Assembly: GCA_026713145.1 (NCBI GenBank)
Contig: JAPOPA010000248.1
Span: 1-47,476 of the forward strand
DNA: 47,476 nt
Direction: 5' to 3'
Source of the DNA: Chloroflexota bacterium
GTDB lineage: Bacteria; Chloroflexota; Dehalococcoidia; Lucifugimonadales; VXLM01
Under the pieces are notes generated by a model that searched no databases, was not told the origin of the DNA, and saw only the letters and a program-made list of their open reading frames with translations. Positions 1 to 9,286 of this stretch are shown piece by piece (position 1 is the stretch's first letter; the number at the start of each line of letters is the position of its first letter). The translations under genes and the position numbers were made by a program.

Positions 1-30
1 CTGTTCCCGATTGAAGTCCCGAAATGGCAT
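1..30 (-). CDS. 5' end of a probable IS1182-like transposase, truncated by the window edge
   Basis: Minus-strand ATG at 30 with AGGAG SD 7 nt upstream reads MPFRDFNREQ, resembling IS1182-type N-termini (M-x-F/L-R-x-x-x-R-E-Q). Only 10 codons are visible. Confidence 0.45.
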   Translation of the reverse strand, partial: MPFRDFNREQ

Positions 31-120
31 GCCACTTCTCCTAAAGCAGGTGCAACAACACGAACTTACCCCTAGAACCTCTGTATTTTCAACAAGATAA
101 CCTACTTATGAGACAGCCTC
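1..120 (-). mobile_element. Probable left end of an insertion sequence
   Basis: GAGGCTGTCTCATAAG on the minus strand (105-120) resembles IS1182-type terminal inverted repeats. An AT-richer segment links it to the putative transposase start. The other end is outside the window. Confidence 0.4.
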
Positions 121-254
121 CGTCGTGGGAGAGGGCTAGAGTCTGCCCGTACTCGATACGGGGGTGAGGGTCTACGAGGCGTGCAGGCGAGAACACGGTC
201 GTCTAACGCCAATTTGGTATAGCATCTATGCAAGAAACCCAGAGGTACACCCAC

Positions 255-1025
255 ATGAAAATCACCGACTATGGAAATTCGTATGTCACATGGACGGGCA
301 ACGTCGACCCGAACGACAACCGGAAACCGGGACACATGCCGTGGCCGAACACGGTGCGCATCCTCCTCGACTCGCGGTGCTGGATCAGCGACGAGTCGGG
401 CGAGACGCGCGAGTACAACATGCTCTCGCCGTGCCGGACTGAGTGGATGTACCGCTCGGACGTGCTCTGGCACCTGCCCAACTACGAGTTTGCGGGCATA
501 TACTCGGATACCGAGTGGATGGCGGGGCATATCAAGGTGGGCGACGTCAACAAGTTCGGCGGCGACTGGCGCATCTCGAGCCACATCGAAGGCCGGTTCA
601 AAGAGCTAAAGACAGTCGTTAGACACCATCCGAAGGTGCAGAAGCTCGACAACCACCGGCAGGTGGTGGAGGCCACCATGGACTACCTGCCGATCATAGC
701 CCGCACAGAGGTCTGGAGCGACGACGGCAAGACGCGCGCCACCGTCGAGTACCCGGTCAAGACGATGAACGTCCAGATCGAACGCGGCAGGATGCAGGTG
801 GACACGGGGCCCCTCATCTACCCCGACTTCCAGGGTGACGAGGAGTCGGAGATTCGTAAGCTCCAGTTCGCGTACGTATGCTACAACACCGATGACGTTG
901 CCGAGTTCGTCCTGCGCGGCCCGACGCCCGTGACCAGCGAAGGCCGCGAGGTGGGCACCTATATCGACTACACCGACATCCGGCGGGTACCCATCCAAAA
1001 CACTTTCTACGCGGCGATGATCTAG
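255..1025 (+). CDS. hypothetical protein
   Basis: ORF 228..1025 with host-like codon usage. ATG at 255 follows GAGG (242-245). No family recognised. Confidence 0.8.
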   Translation: MKITDYGNSYVTWTGNVDPNDNRKPGHMPWPNTVRILLDSRCWISDESGETREYNMLSPCRTEWMYRSDVLWHLPNYEFAGIYSDTEWMAGHIKVGDVNKFGGDWRISSHIEGRFKELKTVVRHHPKVQKLDNHRQVVEATMDYLPIIARTEVWSDDGKTRATVEYPVKTMNVQIERGRMQVDTGPLIYPDFQGDEESEIRKLQFAYVCYNTDDVAEFVLRGPTPVTSEGREVGTYIDYTDIRRVPIQNTFYAAMI

Positions 1026-1027
1026 CG

Positions 1028-2356
1028 ATGACAATCGAGACTCTCAAAGCAATCAACAGTGTCCACAGCGACCGGAACAAGTTGCGGTCGGAAGACCGTG
1101 CGGTGCACGACTGGTACCGCTTCGTCCTGTCGTTCCCGCCGCACTTAGTACGAGACTATCTTGAACGGCTGGGTGTCGGCCCCTCCGACACGGTTCTAGA
1201 TCCCTTTTGCGGAACCGGTACAACGTTGGTGGAGTGCAAGAAGCTTGGCATTGCCAGCGTGGGAATCGAGTCGAACCCGATGGCTCATTTCGCAAGCCTG
1301 GTTAAGGTTGATTGGTCGGTTGATGCCTCGGCACTCTCGGAATTTGCGGAAGGGGTTGCGGTATCGACACAAGAGATACTGGATCGTGGCGGGAGCAACG
1401 AATGGGTCGGACTTCCTTTGCTCGCCACGAAGGGAGGCACAGAATCCCCGATGCGGCAGCTTGACCAAGAGCAGTCGAAGCTCTTGCTCAAGGACTCAAT
1501 CAGTCCGAGACCTCTGCACAAAACGCTCGTCCTCTTGGAGGAGATCGACCGGCATGGCGACCTACAGATGCGGCAAAAAGGGAGACTTGCACTCGCGAAG
1601 GCACTTACACACCGCATCGGTAATCTAAAGTTCGGCCCCGAGGTCGGGCTGGGCCGGATCAAGGACGATGCCCCAGTCGTAGAGACATGGATCGAGGGTG
1701 TGAGAGAAATCGCACATGATGTCGGACTTCTAGGGAACCAATCCCAGGTGGCCTCGCAAGTGCTCAAAGCTGACTCGAGGGAAGCAAGTCGGGCGCTAGA
1801 GCCCAATTCTGTCGACGCAGTGATAACGTCTCCCCCATACCCGAACGAAAAGGACTACACTCGCACAACGCGATTAGAGTCGGTAGTCCTCGGACTGATA
1901 CGCGACAGGCGGGAACTGCGTTCGCTAAAGCAGGATCTTATCCGGTCAAACACTAGGGGTGTATACAAGTCCGACACGGACGACCTGGAGGTCTCTCAGC
2001 ACCCGGCGATACAGGAAATCGCCACCGCGATTGAGCGACGTCGTATAGAGTTGGGCAAGACGTCCGGATTCGAGCGCCTTTACCCCCGCGTTACACAGCT
2101 CTACTTCGGCGGCATGGCGAGACATCTGGCCTCTCTGAGGCCCGTTCTTCGACCCGGCGCAAGGCTGGCTTACGTCGTTGGCGATCAGGCCTCGTACCTG
2201 AGAGTCATGATTCGCACGGGGCAAATCCTCGCAGACCTAGCTCAGTCGCTTGGTTATCGCGTCGTAGACATCGACCTGTTTCGCACAAGGCCGTCAACCG
2301 TCACGGGAGAGCAGCTTAGGGAAGAGGTCGTGGTGCTGAAGTGGCTAGGCGAATGA
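1028..2356 (+). CDS. Site-specific amino-DNA methyltransferase, probably N4-cytosine
   Basis: SAM-binding motif I (VLDPFCGTGTT) precedes catalytic motif IV (VITSPPY). SPPY is typical of m4C methyltransferases. Confidence 0.9.
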   Translation: MTIETLKAINSVHSDRNKLRSEDRAVHDWYRFVLSFPPHLVRDYLERLGVGPSDTVLDPFCGTGTTLVECKKLGIASVGIESNPMAHFASLVKVDWSVDASALSEFAEGVAVSTQEILDRGGSNEWVGLPLLATKGGTESPMRQLDQEQSKLLLKDSISPRPLHKTLVLLEEIDRHGDLQMRQKGRLALAKALTHRIGNLKFGPEVGLGRIKDDAPVVETWIEGVREIAHDVGLLGNQSQVASQVLKADSREASRALEPNSVDAVITSPPYPNEKDYTRTTRLESVVLGLIRDRRELRSLKQDLIRSNTRGVYKSDTDDLEVSQHPAIQEIATAIERRRIELGKTSGFERLYPRVTQLYFGGMARHLASLRPVLRPGARLAYVVGDQASYLRVMIRTGQILADLAQSLGYRVVDIDLFRTRPSTVTGEQLREEVVVLKWLGE

Positions 2357-2375
2357 CACGATAAGGAACTTCAAG

Positions 2376-3179
2376 ATGACCCCCTCGAACCGCTATTCGG
2401 CAATCATTGAGTCCATTTTCCACGCAAAGCATGAGCTTGGAGGACGTGAAGTACCCTTCAATCGAGACGATATCACTGCTCTTGCATCAAAGCTGAACAT
2501 CGTACCGCCAGCGAACCTTGGTGACGTAGTCTACAGCTTCCGATATAGAAATGATTTACCGGCCAGCATTCTTGCAAAAGCCCCAAAAGGCGAAACGTGG
2601 ATAATTCGCCCAGCAGGGCGTGGCAAGTACCGATTCGAGTTGGTCGCGGACGTTCCGCTTGCACCCAACCTAACCCTCGCCGTCACAAAGATACCCGACG
2701 CGACTCCAGGAATAATCTCGAAGTACGCCTTTAGCGACGAGCAGTCCCTCCTGGCGCGTGTCCGCTACAATCGCTTGATCGATGTGTTCTTGGGCATCGC
2801 CTGCTATTCGCTGCAGAACCACTTGCGGACGACCGTCGCGGGAATGGGCCAAGTAGAGACTGATGAAATATACGTAGGCGTGGACAAGAGTGGCTCCCAC
2901 TACGTAGTTCCCGTACAGGCTAAGGGAGGCAGTGACAAGCTCAGCCGTGTTCAGATTGAACAAGACATCGCCGTTTGTGTCGAAAAGCTGCCCTCTCTCA
3001 TCTGTCGGCCTATCGGAGCACAGTTCATGAAGGATGGACTGATTGCACTCTTCGAGTTCGAGCAACAAGGCGAAGATATTCGAGTTGCCTCCGAGAAACA
3101 CTATCAGCTTGTGCCCCCAGAATCGGTGACCGATGAGGACTTGCTTGGGTATCGCCAGCGACTTTCAGACAGGACTTGA
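2376..3179 (+). CDS. Probable type II restriction endonuclease (PD-(D/E)XK-like)
   Basis: Lies directly after the methyltransferase with an AAGGA SD. Motif ETDE...PVQAK. Lower GC than its neighbours. Confidence 0.7.
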   Translation: MTPSNRYSAIIESIFHAKHELGGREVPFNRDDITALASKLNIVPPANLGDVVYSFRYRNDLPASILAKAPKGETWIIRPAGRGKYRFELVADVPLAPNLTLAVTKIPDATPGIISKYAFSDEQSLLARVRYNRLIDVFLGIACYSLQNHLRTTVAGMGQVETDEIYVGVDKSGSHYVVPVQAKGGSDKLSRVQIEQDIAVCVEKLPSLICRPIGAQFMKDGLIALFEFEQQGEDIRVASEKHYQLVPPESVTDEDLLGYRQRLSDRT

Positions 3180-3838
3180 GTGAATTGCACCGAGCCAACG
3201 CCGCACCCAAGATCGACGGCCTCTACGTCATCGTAGGCCCCGACGCCACTCGCGGACGGCCCGTCGCGGAAGTCGCGGAGGCGGCGTTGCGCGGTGGAGC
3301 GCGTGTCCTCCAGCTCCGCGACAAGACAGGCGACCGGGGCGACGTGCTCCAAACCGCCGTCAGGTTGCGGGAGATGTGCCGCGACCACGATGCCCTGTTC
3401 TTCGTGAACGACGATATCGCGCTTGCGTATGCCTGTGACGCCGACGGCGTTCACCTGGGACAGTCCGACCTTCCCGTGGACGTTGCACGACGGATCCTCG
3501 CCCCCGACAAGCAGATCGGCCGCTCCAACAACACCGACGCGGAGGTCGAGGTCTCGGTGTCGATGGGAGTGGACTACGTGGCGGTCGGCGCAGTGTTCCC
3601 GACGACCACCGTCGGCAAGGGAGCACGTCAGGCCATCGGGCTCGACGGCATCCGCAGCGCCCGCGACACCACGGACATTCCGCTCGTGGCGATAGGAGGC
3701 ATCAATGAGAGCAACGTCGGGGATGTCATTAGGTCCGGGGCCGACTGCGTGTCCGTCATAAGCGCCGTCACGATGGCCGATGACCCGGAAGACGCCGCGC
3801 GACGCTTGGCCGCCGCAATTGAAGACGCAAGGAGTTGA
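3176..3838 (+). CDS. thiE: Thiamine-phosphate synthase
   Basis: Motifs LQLRDK, VNDD, DGVHLGQSD, FPTTT, PLVAIGGI, VISAV. TTG start overlaps the endonuclease stop. Confidence 0.95.
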   Translation: MSELHRANAAPKIDGLYVIVGPDATRGRPVAEVAEAALRGGARVLQLRDKTGDRGDVLQTAVRLREMCRDHDALFFVNDDIALAYACDADGVHLGQSDLPVDVARRILAPDKQIGRSNNTDAEVEVSVSMGVDYVAVGAVFPTTTVGKGARQAIGLDGIRSARDTTDIPLVAIGGINESNVGDVIRSGADCVSVISAVTMADDPEDAARRLAAAIEDARS

Positions 3839-3841
3839 CCC

Positions 3842-4492
3842 CTGAGCACCACACCTGACCGGAAAACCGAGCTTCACGCGATAGCAGAATCCGCATCGAA
3901 GGAGTTTGCGACCACCCACGCCGACCGCGAGCAGGGGCTTCGCCTCTCGCGGGAGATCGTCCGCAACTCGGCCAACTCGATACGCGCCACTCACCGGGGC
4001 GAGTACGACCAGGCAAAGAAACTCCTCGACACGGTCGCAGAGCTTTCGGGCCAGGCAATCGCACTCCGCGACCAGCAGCCCCGCGTGTACTACGGCGGCT
4101 ACATCGAAGACGCACTGAAGGAGTACACCGAGGCCGCAGTCACCCTGGCTCTCATCGAGGGTCGCCCGATGCCGAAGGCCGACGATCTTGGCATAGGGGC
4201 CGCCCCATACCTGGGCGGCCTGGCAGATACCGTAGGCGAGATGCGGCGGTTCATCCTCGATGCCCTCCGCACCGACGACTTCTCGCGGTGCGAGGAGCTA
4301 CTCGACGTCATGGACGAGATATACACCGTCCTCGTCACGATGGACTACCCCGACGCTGTGACGCGAGGCCTGCGACGAAGCACCGACATGGTTCGCGGCA
4401 TCCTCGAACGCACCCGCGGCGACCTCACCATCGCGCTCCGGCAGCAGCGACTGGAAGAGCGCCTCGCCGAGGCGCGCGAGCGGTTCGAGTAG
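3842..4492 (+). CDS. Translin/Trax (C3PO)-family protein
   Basis: The frame of ORF 4085..4492 stays open back to CTG at 3842 (AAGGAG at 3829-3834). Motifs RE..LRLSREIVR.S...I...HRGE, KEYTEA, YLGGLADTVGEMRR and GLRR..D..R.ILERT match translin-family proteins. Confidence 0.85.
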   Translation: MSTTPDRKTELHAIAESASKEFATTHADREQGLRLSREIVRNSANSIRATHRGEYDQAKKLLDTVAELSGQAIALRDQQPRVYYGGYIEDALKEYTEAAVTLALIEGRPMPKADDLGIGAAPYLGGLADTVGEMRRFILDALRTDDFSRCEELLDVMDEIYTVLVTMDYPDAVTRGLRRSTDMVRGILERTRGDLTIALRQQRLEERLAEARERFE

Positions 4493-4509
4493 AAGGCCGC
4501 ATCGCGCCA

Positions 4510-5235
4510 TTGAAGCTCACCATCATCATCCCCGCCTTCAACGAGGAGCACTATCTCCCGTCGACTCTGGACTCCATCAAGACATCCGCGTCCCGTTTGC
4601 GCGCCGTCTCTGACGCCGAGGTCGACATACTCGTCGTCGACAACAACAGCGAGGACGACACCGCCGCAGTCGCCCGGAGCAATGGCGCGACGGTAGTACA
4701 CGAGCCGGTGCAGGGCATTGCCCGCGCCCGAAACGCTGGAGCGGATCATGCCGAAGGCGACGTGCTCGTATTCGTCGACGCGGACGTGGTGCTGCCGGAC
4801 ACCATTCTTGAAAGAATCCACACGGCGATGAGCCATCCGGATTGCGTTGGGGGAGCCGTGGACGTCGAATACCGACCGAAACGACGGTTACTCAGGCCCT
4901 ACCTCGGCGCTTGGCGGCTTCTCTCGCGCCTCACGGGCATTGCCCAGGGGGCGACCCAGTTCTGCCGCAAGTCCGTATTCATAGAGGTGGGAGGCTATGA
5001 CGAAAAGGCGTGGATCGGTGAGGACGCCGATTTCTTCTGGGCGCTCAAGAAGCTGGCCAAGCGTACAGGCCGCAAGGTCAGGTTCATCGAGAGTCCTCGC
5101 GTCCAGGCCTCCTCCCGGCGTTTCGACAAGTGGCCGCTTTGGAAGATCCTGGTATGGACCAACCCCCTCTTCATCGTGCTGTTCCGCCGTCGCAAGGCCT
5201 TCTGGAGCGGGTGGTATTCGCGCGCCGTGAGATAG
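4510..5235 (+). CDS. Glycosyltransferase family 2
   Basis: TTG start. Motifs IIIPAFNEE, VVDNNSEDDT, ARNAG, FVDAD, GEDADF. Confidence 0.9.
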   Translation: MKLTIIIPAFNEEHYLPSTLDSIKTSASRLRAVSDAEVDILVVDNNSEDDTAAVARSNGATVVHEPVQGIARARNAGADHAEGDVLVFVDADVVLPDTILERIHTAMSHPDCVGGAVDVEYRPKRRLLRPYLGAWRLLSRLTGIAQGATQFCRKSVFIEVGGYDEKAWIGEDADFFWALKKLAKRTGRKVRFIESPRVQASSRRFDKWPLWKILVWTNPLFIVLFRRRKAFWSGWYSRAVR

Positions 5236-5254
5236 GCGGCTAGAGCATGTAACC

Positions 5255-5283
5255 TTGAATGCCGTTCACGGCTATGGTACTTT
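5255..5283 (+). promoter_or_regulatory. Putative sigma70 promoter of hppA
   Basis: TTGAAT, 17 nt, TACTTT with an extended -10 TG. Confidence 0.5.
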
Positions 5284-5314
5284 TAGCCCGCTTTCACTCG
5301 CAGGCAGAACACAC

Positions 5315-5344
5315 GAAGTCTTCCCGTCGCTGGGGAGGCTTTTT
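5315..5344 (+). terminator. Terminator-like hairpin in the hppA 5' leader
   Basis: AAGTCTTCCC-GTCGCT-GGGGAGGCTT followed by T's, 13 nt before the ATG at 5358. Confidence 0.5.
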
Positions 5345-5357
5345 CATGGGGGACTAT

Positions 5358-7430
5358 ATGCAGGAAGTCTTATTTGTAGCAATCGGCGCGGCCGTCATCG
5401 GACTGCTATTCGCCTTGTACCTGACCTCAACCATTCTGCGGCAGGACGAGGGCAGCGAGCGGGTGCGCTTCATCGGCGACGCGATCCGAAAGGGCTCGGC
5501 CGCCTTCCTCAAGCGCGAGTACAGCGTCCTCGCGATCTTCGTGGTCGTGGTAGTCATCATCCTTGCCCTGTTCATAGACTACGACGTCCTGGGGAAGATC
5601 GAGGGGGACGACGCCTCTATCCCGTCGACGGCCATCGCCTATCTCATTGGGGCCATTGGCTCGGCTCTGGCCGGGTACATCGGGATGAGCATAGCGGTGC
5701 GCGCCAACACCCGCACAACGGTCAAGGCGCAGGAAGGCCTCAACCCCGCCCTCCGGCTGGCCTTTAACAGCGGCGCGGTCATGGGGCTGACGGTCGTCGG
5801 CATAGGACTGCTGGGAGTGGCGATCCTGTACTGGATATTCCAGGACTTTCAGATCGTCGCGGGCTTCGGCATGGGTGCGTCCTCGATAGCCCTGTTCGCG
5901 AGGGTGGGCGGCGGCATCTACACCAAGGCCGCCGACGTCGGAGCCGACCTCGTGGGCAAGGTCGAGGCTGGAATCCCTGAGGACGACCCGCGCAACCCCG
6001 CTACCATCGCTGACAACGTGGGCGACAACGTGGGCGACGTGGCGGGCATGGGCGCGGACCTGTTCGAGTCGTACGTAGGCTCAATTATCGCGACCCTCGC
6101 GCTGGCGGCAACAGGCGGAGCTCTCCTTGCGGAGAAGGGCCTGATCACGCTGAACGCGGACTTGGCCGACACAAAGAACTTCGACCATGAGCTGTTCATG
6201 CTGCCAATTCTCGTGGCTGCCGTTGGCATCATCTCATCCATCGTCGGAACGTTCCTCGTGCGTGCACCTGAGGGCGCTCATATGGGCCGACTCCTCTGGG
6301 CGCTCCGCACAGGGATATTTTCCTCCGGCGCACTGGTGCTGATCGCGGTCGGCGTGCTGATTCCCGTACTGGACCTGCCCTTCCAACTCTTCTGGGTGAT
6401 ACTCATCGGCCTCGTGGCCGGACAGATCATCGGGACGGCGTCGGAGGTCGCGACATCCTACGAGTATAAGTTCACGAAGGACCTCGCCGCGCAGTCGGAG
6501 ACAGGCCCGGCGACCGTCATCATAGGTGGGCTCGGTCTTGGAATGCTGAGCACACTCGTGCCCGCCATCGTGGTCGTGATAGCCATGTGGCTGACCAACG
6601 ACCTCGCCGGCACCTACGGAGTGGCGCTTGCCGCTGTAGGGATGTTGTCCACCCTCGGAATTACCCTCGCGACCGACGCCTACGGCCCAGTAGCAGATAA
6701 CGCGGGAGGCATCGCGGAGCAGGCTGGCCTCGACCCTGAGGTCCGCGAACGCACGGACGCGCTCGACTCGCTCGGCAACACGACCGCCGCCACGGGCAAG
6801 GGCTTCGCCATCGGTTCGGCGGTACTCACCGCACTCGCACTGATGGCAGCATACTCGGAAGTCTCTGGAGTGAGCATCTTCAACCTCACGGACGTGAAGG
6901 TGCTCATGGGCGTCCTGCTCGGAAGCCTCATGCCCTTCCTCTTCGCCGCGTTGACAATGCAGGCAGTAGGACGTGCCGCGGGCGCAATGGTGCAGGAGGT
7001 GCGCCGTCAGTTCCGCGAGATCGCCGGACTCATGGAGGGCGAGGCTGAGGCGGACTACGCGCGGGCCGTCGATATCAGCACGCGCGGCGCAATGCGCGAG
7101 ATGGTCCTTCCGGGACTTATCGCCATCATCGCCCCCGTCGCAGTAGGGGCCATTCTCGGCGCGGAAGCGCTTGGCGGGCTCCTCATAGGCGCGATAGCCA
7201 CCGGCTTCCTGCTGGCCATCATGATGGCGAACGCGGGAGGTGCGTGGGACAACGCGAAGAAGTACGTCGAGGCGGGAGCGCACGGAGGCAAGGGCACCAG
7301 ACAGCACGAGGCCGTCGTAGTCGGCGACACCGTCGGCGACCCCTTCAAGGACACCTCGGGCCCCGCCCTCAACATCCTCATCAAGCTCATGTCCATCGTC
7401 GCCCTCGTCTTCGCGCCACTGTTCTTGTAG
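5358..7430 (+). CDS. hppA: Membrane pyrophosphatase, K+-dependent, probably Na+-translocating
   Basis: Motifs [29 protein letters not shown] and [19 protein letters not shown] indicates K+ dependence. [11 protein letters not shown] has the gate Glu in the position seen in Na+-PPases. Confidence 0.95.
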   Translation: MQEVLFVAIGAAVIGLLFALYLTSTILRQDEGSERVRFIGDAIRKGSAAFLKREYSVLAIFVVVVVIILALFIDYDVLGKIEGDDASIPSTAIAYLIGAIGSALAGYIGMSIAVRANTRTTVKAQEGLNPALRLAFNSGAVMGLTVVGIGLLGVAILYWIFQDFQIVAGFGMGASSIALFARVGGGIYTKAADVGADLVGKVEAGIPEDDPRNPATIADNVGDNVGDVAGMGADLFESYVGSIIATLALAATGGALLAEKGLITLNADLADTKNFDHELFMLPILVAAVGIISSIVGTFLVRAPEGAHMGRLLWALRTGIFSSGALVLIAVGVLIPVLDLPFQLFWVILIGLVAGQIIGTASEVATSYEYKFTKDLAAQSETGPATVIIGGLGLGMLSTLVPAIVVVIAMWLTNDLAGTYGVALAAVGMLSTLGITLATDAYGPVADNAGGIAEQAGLDPEVRERTDALDSLGNTTAATGKGFAIGSAVLTALALMAAYSEVSGVSIFNLTDVKVLMGVLLGSLMPFLFAALTMQAVGRAAGAMVQEVRRQFREIAGLMEGEAEADYARAVDISTRGAMREMVLPGLIAIIAPVAVGAILGAEALGGLLIGAIATGFLLAIMMANAGGAWDNAKKYVEAGAHGGKGTRQHEAVVVGDTVGDPFKDTSGPALNILIKLMSIVALVFAPLFL

Positions 7431-7452
7431 GTAGACTAGTCGGCATTTTTTC

Positions 7453-7481
7453 GTAGAGGCAGGTTTCAAACCTGCCCCTAC
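7453..7481 (+). repeat. GTAG-type REP-like palindrome
   Basis: GTAGAGGCAGGTTTCAAACCTGCCCCTAC, a near-perfect inverted repeat just after hppA. Confidence 0.7.
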
Positions 7482-7519
7482 CTGTATGCGGGCGGAATGT
7501 CACCGCCCAGGAGGTAGAC

Positions 7520-8563
7520 ATGCCAACGGTATCGGAACGCGACCTTCACGACGTTGTAAGGCGGGTCCTCGATGCAGCGGGGGCAAGCGCCGAGAACGCC
7601 TCCCGAATGGCCGACGCGCTGGTGTCAGCCAACCTGCGCGGCGTGGACACCCACGGCGTGTTCCATCTCAATGGGTACGTCCAAGCCATCCTCGACGGCA
7701 AGCTCGACGCTAGCGCCAGCCCATCCATCGTGCGCGAGACGGCCAACACGGCGCTCGTGGACGGCAATCGTACGTTCGGCCACGTCGCGGCGAAGTTCGC
7801 AACCGACATCGCTGTCCGGAAGGCCAAGGAGAACGACGTAGCCGTAGTCGGCATGGTCCGCTCTGAGCACATCGGGCGTCTCGGCGAGTACGCTGAGATG
7901 GCCGCCGCCGAGGGTGTGGTGGCCATCGTTAGCGGAGCGGGATATATGCTGGGTAACAAGGTGGCTGCTCCCTACGGCGGGAGCAAGGGGCTGCTCAGTT
8001 CCAACCCGATAGCGATCGGTTTTCCCGGTGGTGAAGAGCCGGGGATGGTCTTCGACTACGCAACGACGGCGATGGCGAACTCGAAGATGAACCTCTACAA
8101 GATGCGGAACGAGGAGCTTCCGGCGGGCACCGTCATCGACAAGGACGGCTACCCCACAACCAATCCCACTGCCGTGCAGGAGGGAGGCTACCTCCTCCCG
8201 TTCGGGGGACACAAGGGATACGCGCTCATGATGGCCGTGGAGTTTCTCGGGCAGGTCCTCGTCGGCTCCGACGCTGTTGAGGACGACGGGATGGGCACCC
8301 AGTCGATGGTGCGGCAAGGAGTCTCGATCATCGCCATCCGCGCGGACGTCTTCCGTCCGGATGCGGATTTCAGGCGACGCGCCGACGAGCTAGTCCGTGA
8401 AGCCCGAGGCATCCCGCCCGCGCCAGGCTTCGAACAGGTCATGGCACCGGGCGACCCTGAGTCGCGAGCCCAAGCGCAGCGCTCAGCCGAGGGTATACCC
8501 GTCCCCGATAAGGTGTGGCAGTTGATCGTCGAGGCGGGCAGGTCGGTGGGGGTGGTGGTGTAG
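7520..8563 (+). CDS. Ldh2-family (malate/L-lactate/ureidoglycolate-type) oxidoreductase
   Basis: Motifs ANLRGVDTHG, HIGRLGEY, SNPIAIG, DYATT, PFGGHKGYAL. AGGAGG SD. Confidence 0.92.
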   Translation: MPTVSERDLHDVVRRVLDAAGASAENASRMADALVSANLRGVDTHGVFHLNGYVQAILDGKLDASASPSIVRETANTALVDGNRTFGHVAAKFATDIAVRKAKENDVAVVGMVRSEHIGRLGEYAEMAAAEGVVAIVSGAGYMLGNKVAAPYGGSKGLLSSNPIAIGFPGGEEPGMVFDYATTAMANSKMNLYKMRNEELPAGTVIDKDGYPTTNPTAVQEGGYLLPFGGHKGYALMMAVEFLGQVLVGSDAVEDDGMGTQSMVRQGVSIIAIRADVFRPDADFRRRADELVREARGIPPAPGFEQVMAPGDPESRAQAQRSAEGIPVPDKVWQLIVEAGRSVGVVV

Positions 8564-8696
8564 CGGGAACGCGCACTGACACAGATCGGGTACTCCGGTT
8601 ATTGTTGCGGTGAAACTCCACCACCTTCCGCTCTTCAATCATGCCGGTCCCATGTCCGGGCCCGGGTATCGGAATTGTCGGGAATGTGTTTCCTAT

Positions 8697-8712
8697 GTAA
8701 CAATAGCGTTAC
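8697..8712. promoter_or_regulatory. Palindrome upstream of hicB, possible operator
   Basis: GTAAC-N6-GTTAC in an AT-rich patch about 20 nt before the hicB ATG. Confidence 0.3.
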
Positions 8713-8731
8713 TAAGTTCGGGGTCAGTGAC

Positions 8732-8992
8732 ATGAGTGCGCTAGAACGGCGTTCCGTCCGCATGAGGTTAGAGCTTGAACCGCAGCCCGAAGGGGGGTTC
8801 ACCGTAACGTGTCCGGCCCTGCCGGAGTTGATTACTGAGGGGGACACCTTCTTTGAGGCACTGGCGAATGTCGAGGACGCGCTCGCCGCGACGGTCGAAT
8901 TGTACGAAGCCAGAGGTCGCGAATTGCCGCCTGAGCTATTCGTCGACGGGCCGTATGAACCGGTTGTACTGGATGCCGTCGCCGCACTGTGA
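8732..8992 (+). CDS. hicB: HicB-family antitoxin (short form)
   Basis: Motif EGGFTVTCPALPELITEGDTFFEALANVEDA. No obvious C-terminal DNA-binding domain. Start could be 8762. Confidence 0.88.
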   Translation: MSALERRSVRMRLELEPQPEGGFTVTCPALPELITEGDTFFEALANVEDALAATVELYEARGRELPPELFVDGPYEPVVLDAVAAL

Positions 8993-9198
8993 AATACAGG
9001 GAAGTGGCTCGAAGACTGAGAAGTCTTGGCTGCTTAGAAATCACAAGGCGCGGTAAGGGCTCACACCGGATGTGGACCAGCCCCGTCACTGGCAAAGCGA
9101 CAGTCATTCCTGACTGGGGCGGCAAGGATCTCAAGATTGGAACAGTGCGTGGCGCAGTGCGCCAACTCGGTTTAGACTGGCAAGAGTTTACAAGCTAG
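8989..9198 (+). CDS. hicA: HicA-family toxin (mRNA interferase)
   Basis: GKGSH motif and DLKIGTVRGAVRQLG. GTGA overlap with hicB. Confidence 0.9.
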   Translation: MKYREVARRLRSLGCLEITRRGKGSHRMWTSPVTGKATVIPDWGGKDLKIGTVRGAVRQLGLDWQEFTS

Positions 9199-9286
9199 CC
9201 CCAGCGAGCTAATTCTCAAACCCTCGTCTGCTCCAATGCTTAGCTGACTTGCCAGGTTTTGGGTTTCCACGAAAGCCAATGAGGGA

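Noticed and set aside
3100-3176. TPP riboswitch expected ahead of thiE
   Set aside because: thiE overlaps the endonuclease gene, so there is no leader and no TPP aptamer structure is evident.
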